A stretch of DNA of 12,507 nt from Leidyana gryllorum EB-2025a (lineage: Eukaryota; Protista; Apicomplexa), in the NCBI GenBank assembly GCA_048772705.1, contig JBLWGC010000222.1, positions 1 to 12,507 on the forward strand, written 5' to 3'. Shown one piece after another: positions 7,640 to 12,507 of this stretch. Below the pieces are notes generated by a model. The model had not been told where the DNA came from and searched no databases. It was given only the letters and a program-made list of their open reading frames with translations. The position numbers and the translations under genes were made by a program. Each line of letters begins with the position of its first letter. Position 1 is the stretch's first letter.

Positions 7640-10437
7640 TCCCTCCCTTCCAGATCAGTGTAGGGGTTGCGGGGGTTCCGAGTGGAATAGCTTCTGTGGA
7701 AGGCAGCAATCAGATCTTGCCCATCTGCTTCCAGTACGTGTTCGGCGGGCTCCCAGGTTGGGTTGGCGTATCCTCGCCACTTGACGAGGTACTTGAGGCC
7801 GTCGTCGGTGAGTTCTTCACCTAAAACCTGTTCCATGATATATAGTTCCGGTTCAGCGGGAGAGTGGGGGGTGTTGGTCGTGTTCGGAGGCGTCGGGTTG
7901 ATGTCACACGTAAAGGGCTCTAATCGTGAAACGTGAAAGCGGGGGGATATTCGCCAATCGTTCGGGAGCTCAAGCTGGTAGACATCGCCTGGCAAGCGCT
8001 GGAGGATTCGAAAGGGTCCACAGAAGGGGAGGGCTAGCTTGTGCTGGGGGACGTGGGAGAGTTTTCGAGTGCGTAGGAGCACTAGGTCGTTGAGGTTGAA
8101 AGTGCAGGGTACGCGGCGGCAGTCGCCTTGGGTCTTCATGAGGTCGCGGGCGTGGTGGAGGCGGTCACGAGCTTCTTGCAGCCGTTCAAGGTAGAGGGGG
8201 GCTTGGGCCGCGTTAGATCGGGTGAGCGAGAGTGCCCACTGGGAGTGGGGAAGGGCCATGGGGCGTCCGTTGTCTATCTCGAACGGTGTAAAGTTCGAGG
8301 ACTTACTGGTGCTGGAATTGAACGCTATTTCAATAGCCGGGACTAGATGCGTCCATTCGTCCCTCAGTCCTTCCATTGAGAGTTTAAGCAGTTGGAGGAC
8401 AGACTGGTTGGTGCGTTCTGCCAGACCGTTGGTCTGGGGATGGTACGCCGTGGTAAACGCCAACGTGGTTCCCAGGCCTTGGAAGAGGGAACGCCAGAGG
8501 TTGGACATGAACCTGACGTCGCGGTCAGAGATGATTCGTTGGGGGAGCCCATGAAGTTTCACAATGTGATCAAGGAAGAGTCGGGCTGTGGATGCTGCGT
8601 CGATAGACTTTTGGCACGGTATAAGCCGCGCCCTTCGCGAAAGACGGTCAACTACGACCATGAGGTAGTTGTGTCCCGTCCGCGTATCTGGTGGTAGCTC
8701 CAAAAAGTCCATGTGGACCTCGACCCATGGTTGTGAGGGTATGTTGAGGGGATTTAGGAGGCCGAGGGGGCGGTGGCGCCTCTGCTTACCTAACTGACAG
8801 ACCTGGCATTGTCGACAGAATTGGGCCACGTCGTTGGTCAGTCCAGGCCAGGTGAAAGTAGCGCGTATCCGGTTAGCCGTCTTCTGGGGTCCGTAGTGTC
8901 CGGCGGCAAGGGTGGAATGGGCTTCATCGATGATGTCGTAGATCAGTTTGGGATCCAGTGGTACTTCTATACAGCCCTCCTCCGTGATTGGCAAGTCGTT
9001 GATCCATGATATAGGCCCGCATGCGCCTGCTTCATGAGTTCGGATGCGCCACGATCTCAGCAGGCGGTTGTGTATCGGTGGGAGTTGGGTCTGTGGCTGA
9101 GTTTGATGTAAAATTTCGTTTCGTTGCGAATTTTCGTTTCGGCGGTTCGTGTGATGATTGTCGGTCGTTAGAGTGTTTGGCGGTATCGGCGGAGTGGAGT
9201 TGCGTATTTCGTCGTCTTGCGGTAGCGGCGAGGCGGAATTGCGTATTTCGTCGGATGCGGAGGCGGAGTCTGGCGGCGGTAAGTCAGCGGTGTCGGTTTG
9301 TCGTAATGGATTTGCGTCTGCGCTCAGTAGGAGGATTGTTGCGGCCGTGGTTGGTTTGGCGGAGGCAGTGGCGGGGCTCGGTCGACTAAGTAGGTCAGCA
9401 ATGATGTTTTCGCATCCCTTGACATATTCGAATTGGATGTGATATTCTGCCAGGGTGAGGAGCCACCGAGCCTGCCGGTCTGAGAGGTGAGGTTGTTTCA
9501 TTAAGTATATGAGGGGTCGGTGGTCCGTATGGACGATGACCTCTCTTCCCACGAGCAGGTGTCTCCAGTGGCGAGTGGCGAACACCACTGCGAGCAATTC
9601 TCTTTCGTGAGTCGGGTAGCGCTGTTCGACATCCGTCAAGGCGTGCGAGTAGAAATCGGCTGGTTTCCTGTCTTTCCCTTCCCCTTCGTCGTATTCCAAA
9701 GTGGCGCCGATGGCGCGGGCGCTAGCGTCGGTGTAGAGGTGGAGTTGTGAGGTCTTCATAGGTATGTACCCTAACGTCGGGGCTGTAAGTAATTGGGCTT
9801 TGAGGGCGGTCCAGGCGGTAGCAAGGTCGGTGGTTGCTTTAATGGGCGCTTTCGGGTCTTTCAGGCCGATCATGGCGTCGTACAGAGGAGTGGCAAGGTG
9901 AGCGAAGTGGGGAATGAATCGCCGGTAGTAGTTGATGAGCCCTATCCCACTTTGCATCTCGCGAAGATTGGAGGGTAGGGGTAAGTTCTCGATGGTTTCA
10001 CACTTGGTCTTCAGTGGTTTGACTCCTTCTGATGAGATGGTGTGGCCGACGTAATCGACCTCTCGCAAGAAGAATCGAGACTTGCGGCGGTGCACGATGA
10101 GTTGGTGGGCGTTTAATCGGGAGAAGACTTCCATTAGGTGTTGACGGTGTGAGGTCAGGTCGGGGCTGTAGACGAGTACGTCATCGAGGTAAACGAAGAC
10201 GAATTCACCAATCAGGTCGCGGAACACAAGGTTCATCAAGGTCATGAACGTGGCGGGGGCGTTGCAGAGTCCGTTAGGCATGCTAACCCACTCGAAGAGT
10301 CCCCAGGGGGTTGTGAAGGCGGTGAGTGCTCGGCTTGAAGGGCTGACTTGGACTTGATGAAAGCCGCTTTTTAGGTCGAGGGTACTAAAAATGCGAGCCC
10401 CGTTCAAGACCATGAGGGCGTCCTGGAGGTTTGGCAT
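7546..10437 (-). CDS. pol: Pol of element B, intact portion (RT core, RNase H, integrase, chromodomain)
   Basis: 963-aa ORF with LDLKSGFHQ, MPNGLCNAPATF, VYLDDVL, RNase H DEDD residues, HHCC + DDE integrase, GPF motif and C-terminal chromodomain. Confidence 0.95.
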   Translation of the reverse strand: MPNLQDALMVLNGARIFSTLDLKSGFHQVQVSPSSRALTAFTTPWGLFEWVSMPNGLCNAPATFMTLMNLVFRDLIGEFVFVYLDDVLVYSPDLTSHRQHLMEVFSRLNAHQLIVHRRKSRFFLREVDYVGHTISSEGVKPLKTKCETIENLPLPSNLREMQSGIGLINYYRRFIPHFAHLATPLYDAMIGLKDPKAPIKATTDLATAWTALKAQLLTAPTLGYIPMKTSQLHLYTDASARAIGATLEYDEGEGKDRKPADFYSHALTDVEQRYPTHERELLAVVFATRHWRHLLVGREVIVHTDHRPLIYLMKQPHLSDRQARWLLTLAEYHIQFEYVKGCENIIADLLSRPSPATASAKPTTAATILLLSADANPLRQTDTADLPPPDSASASDEIRNSASPLPQDDEIRNSTPPIPPNTLTTDNHHTNRRNENSQRNEILHQTQPQTQLPPIHNRLLRSWRIRTHEAGACGPISWINDLPITEEGCIEVPLDPKLIYDIIDEAHSTLAAGHYGPQKTANRIRATFTWPGLTNDVAQFCRQCQVCQLGKQRRHRPLGLLNPLNIPSQPWVEVHMDFLELPPDTRTGHNYLMVVVDRLSRRARLIPCQKSIDAASTARLFLDHIVKLHGLPQRIISDRDVRFMSNLWRSLFQGLGTTLAFTTAYHPQTNGLAERTNQSVLQLLKLSMEGLRDEWTHLVPAIEIAFNSSTSKSSNFTPFEIDNGRPMALPHSQWALSLTRSNAAQAPLYLERLQEARDRLHHARDLMKTQGDCRRVPCTFNLNDLVLLRTRKLSHVPQHKLALPFCGPFRILQRLPGDVYQLELPNDWRISPRFHVSRLEPFTCDINPTPPNTTNTPHSPAEPELYIMEQVLGEELTDDGLKYLVKWRGYANPTWEPAEHVLEADGQDLIAAFHRSYSTRNPRNPYTDLEGRDVSTPIPLLDQPPQLPPGTGTQRGGRLLRTR
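7640..7651 (-). promoter_or_regulatory. Polypurine tract of element B
   Basis: GGAAGGGAGGGA directly before TGTTAGC on the minus strand. Confidence 0.8.
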
Positions 10438-11260
10438 AGGGTTTTCACGGTTCGTTCGTTGAGTGCTCTATAGTCGCAGACGAGGCGAGGGGTGGTGGTG
10501 TCCTTCTTGGGGACGAAGAGGCACGGGGAGGCCCAGGTGGACGTGGAATGTGTCATCTTTCCTTCTTCGAGCAAGGTGAGCAACTGGTCCTTCATTTCCT
10601 TGATATAAACTTGCGGCACGCGGTATGGAGGACGGGCGTAGGCGGGAGCGTGTACGTTGGTCAGGGTGATGTGGTGGTCTATCCCAGGTCGTTCCGGTGG
10701 CGTAGGAGCGTGTTCAAGAAAGACGGCAGGGTACGTCTCTGCGAGAAATTGTGCTTCCGGAGGTATTGGGGTTTGTATCGGGCAGGGGAACTTCGGCGGG
10801 GTGAATGTCCTTCCGTGTTGGTGTCGCGGTGGATGAGACTGTGGCTACGTGGACCGAGCGGGGGTGTGTGATAACGCGGAGTCTCTCGTTATGGGTGTCG
10901 ATCTGGAGGCGGGCGCGGCTGATGTCCGGAGTACCGAGTATGAAGGTCGAAGGTGGCGTCGGGAATGACTAAGGCGGTGAGGCGAAGTGCAGCGGGCGGT
11001 TTGGGGAGGTGGAGGAGGAGTGTGGCTTGTTGAGAGATCGTTTCTCCCGTCCAAAGCCCCTTGATGTGCATCTGGACGGGTTGTACGGTGAGCTTGAGTT
11101 GGTCGACGATATGGGTACACACGCAGCTGACCTCTGCACCTGTATCGATCAGGATGACCGCACGGGTAAGTTGGTGGTTGCCCTAGGGGTGGCTCAGGCC
11201 CCAAGTCGCGGTAAGGGCCCGGCCTACTTGGGCACATTGGTCGGGCCCAAGGGAAAATCC
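10438..11260 (-). pseudogene. pol: 5' part of pol of B (aspartic protease and RT N-terminus), disrupted as given
   Basis: -1 frame from the slippery site reads LTATWGLSHP*GNHQLTRAVILIDTGAE (TAG at 11183..11185). Frameshifts near 10943 and between ~10715 and 10845, then WASPCLFVPKKDTTTPRLVCDYR, then a short deletion near 10440 relative to element A. Confidence 0.85.
11254..11260 (-). promoter_or_regulatory. -1 frameshift slippery heptamer G_GAT_TTT (element B)
   Basis: CGG GAT TTT in the gag frame; the protease motif IDTGA is in the -1 frame. Same heptamer and relative position as in A. Confidence 0.8.
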
Positions 11261-12229
11261 CGCGGCGGAGTGGCCTCGGAGGCGTTGGTTTCAAGAACGT
11301 GGACTCGGCGAGTCTTCATGGGACCGGATGGTCGCGGGGCGGTGAATGGTCGTTTGCGGTCGTCTCTCGGCTGGGGGCAGGCGATGGATCGGTGTTCGCT
11401 ACTTCCGCAGTTGAAACACCTGCGTTCTTCTATACATTGCTGGTAAGTGAAGGGGCAGCGGGAGCCCACTGATCCTCCACTCGGGGTGACGCGGTACTGG
11501 AAGACCTCGGCTGAGGGGCGGTTCCCTATCCTCTCGGCCCATTCCAAGGCTCGCTGCGCCGCCTCTTCAAAGGTAACGCCCAAGTTGGCGGCTACCAATT
11601 GGTCGTCGAGGGGGGCAGTCCGCGGTAGAACATCTTCACCAAGAGGTCGTCCGGAACTGTCTTGGGGATGGCGCGTCTCAGCCTGCGGCTTTCGTCCACG
11701 TATTCTTGCATGGACGATGTCTTGCGTAAGTCCACGAAGCATGTGAAGGGGTCGTCAGTTGTGGATCGGGGAGCGAATTCCTTCAAGAAGGAGGACTGGA
11801 AGTTGTCCCAGCTTTGGTCGGGTAAGTCGGGTAAGGTCAGGGCCCACTGTGCGGCTGAGCCGTGGAGGTAAGAGCATGCCCACGCTGCCCGGTGGTCGTC
11901 TGGGGTGTGGCGTGTCCTGAATCGAAGAGATATGGCGTCAAGCCACTCTTGAGCTTCCTCGCGACGTCGGCCGTCGAAGGTAGGCATGTTCTTCAGCGGA
12001 TCTTGTCCGTCCATGAAGATGGCATCCCTGGCCGGAGGTGGCGGCGGACTCGTGGGGTGCACCGTCGGCTGGGAAGTCGCCGCTGCGCCCGATCGGGAGC
12101 AAGGTGAGTATTTCAAGCATAGCGTTATTCAGTAGATCTAGGTTGGTTGAGCTTTCTAGGTGAGTGGTGGCCAAGGATTCGGAGGAAGAGGACGTCGGTT
12201 GTTTGGTGGCTTGGGTGGTTTCTAACGAC

Positions 12230-12241
12230 GCACTGCTACCA
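12230..12241 (-). promoter_or_regulatory. Primer-binding site TGGTAGCAGTGC, element B
   Basis: One base after the end of the 5' LTR; identical to the PBS of A. Confidence 0.88.
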
Positions 12242-12242
12242 T

Positions 12243-12507
12243 TTTCGAGCCCCGCGGGCTTCACTGTTCTTTCTAGGAGGCATGGTTGATCTCGACGGTA
12301 ATTCTGGTTCGCGGCACGCAACGAAAAGGTAAGTACACACGTGTGTTGCCGTGTCTCCGGCCGGCCGGCCCGGGTCGAGACAACGCAATTTGCCGGATTG
12401 GCTCCGGCCAACAGGTTACAGACTTCTGGGAGGGTTTCCTACCTGGTACCGCAGTAGTCGGCCGCCCCGCTGAGTGCCGGTGCCGGGGGGTAGCTGCGGG
12501 GGTTGGT
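12243..12507 (-). repeat. 5' LTR of element B (truncated by the window edge)
   Basis: Matches 7352..7613 except three 1-bp insertions (~12247, ~12383, ~12450) and TT>CC at 12349..12350. Confidence 0.9.

Larger units (their letters stand above)
4010..9942. repeat. Long inverted repeat: arms 4010..6600 and 7352..9942 (2,591 bp) with a 751-bp spacer
   Basis: Mirrored coordinates sum to 13952 throughout, and the mirrored ORFs in the track have identical translations. Confidence 0.97.
11224..12283 (-). pseudogene. gag: Gag of element B, split by 1-bp indels
   Basis: Reconstruction: MPPRKNSEARGA(ENGSSAS...LEILTLL)(RSGAAA...PTFDG..EAQEWL..YLHGSAAQW..SWDNF..FYRGLPP)(LDDQL...CFNCGSSEHRSIAC...RDFPLGPTNVPK*). 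Frameshifts near 12247, 12095..12097 and 11610..11615. Confidence 0.88.
7352..12507 (-). mobile_element. Near full-length chromovirus-type Ty3/gypsy element B (about 5.2 kb; 5' LTR cut by the window edge)
   Basis: Direct-repeat LTRs at both ends, PBS, gag, pol (PR-RT-RH-IN-chromodomain) and PPT. Confidence 0.97.

Noticed and set aside
6243-7709. ORFs spanning LTRs and spacer (6243..6713, 6457..6654, 7124..7495, 7305..7709) as env-like or accessory genes
   Set aside because: They are chimeric across insertion junctions, use non-ATG starts and show no domain features.
4010-9942. Inverted repeat as terminal repeats of a DNA transposon or a DIRS-like element
   Set aside because: The arms are ordinary gypsy pol plus LTR sequence; no transposase or tyrosine recombinase is present.
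1-12507. Prokaryotic RT systems (retron, DGR, group II intron) or CRISPR arrays
   Set aside because: The RTs are Ty3/gypsy type, with gag, protease, RNase H, integrase and LTRs; no repeat-spacer array is seen.

Overview
The window consists almost entirely of a nested cluster of Ty3/gypsy LTR retrotransposons (chromovirus-type where the integrase end is visible) from a eukaryote; I see no host gene. (1) Element A (1..4009, minus strand, running off the left edge) has a 240-bp 5' LTR, a PBS, a gag ORF and a -1-frame pol that is open to the window edge and absent from the ORF track. It is inserted, in opposite orientation, into the pol of (2) element B' (4010..6600, plus strand; RNase H-integrase-chromodomain plus a 288-bp 3' LTR). 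B' itself sits about 40 bp downstream of the PBS of (3) a third element remnant, C (PBS and LTR end at 6639..6655, minus strand). (4) A second copy of family B (7352..12507, minus strand) lies tail-to-tail with B', giving an apparently identical 2,591-bp inverted repeat around a 751-bp spacer. Notable features: family B LTRs end in ...GAAA rather than CA at two independent junctions; gag starts inside the 5' LTR (A and B) and pol ends inside the 3' LTR (B), so the PBS and PPT are coding; both families share a G_GAT_TTT slippery site and a hairpin/motif block in otherwise dissimilar LTRs. The last ~2 kb of B carry several indels that look like contig-end sequencing errors.
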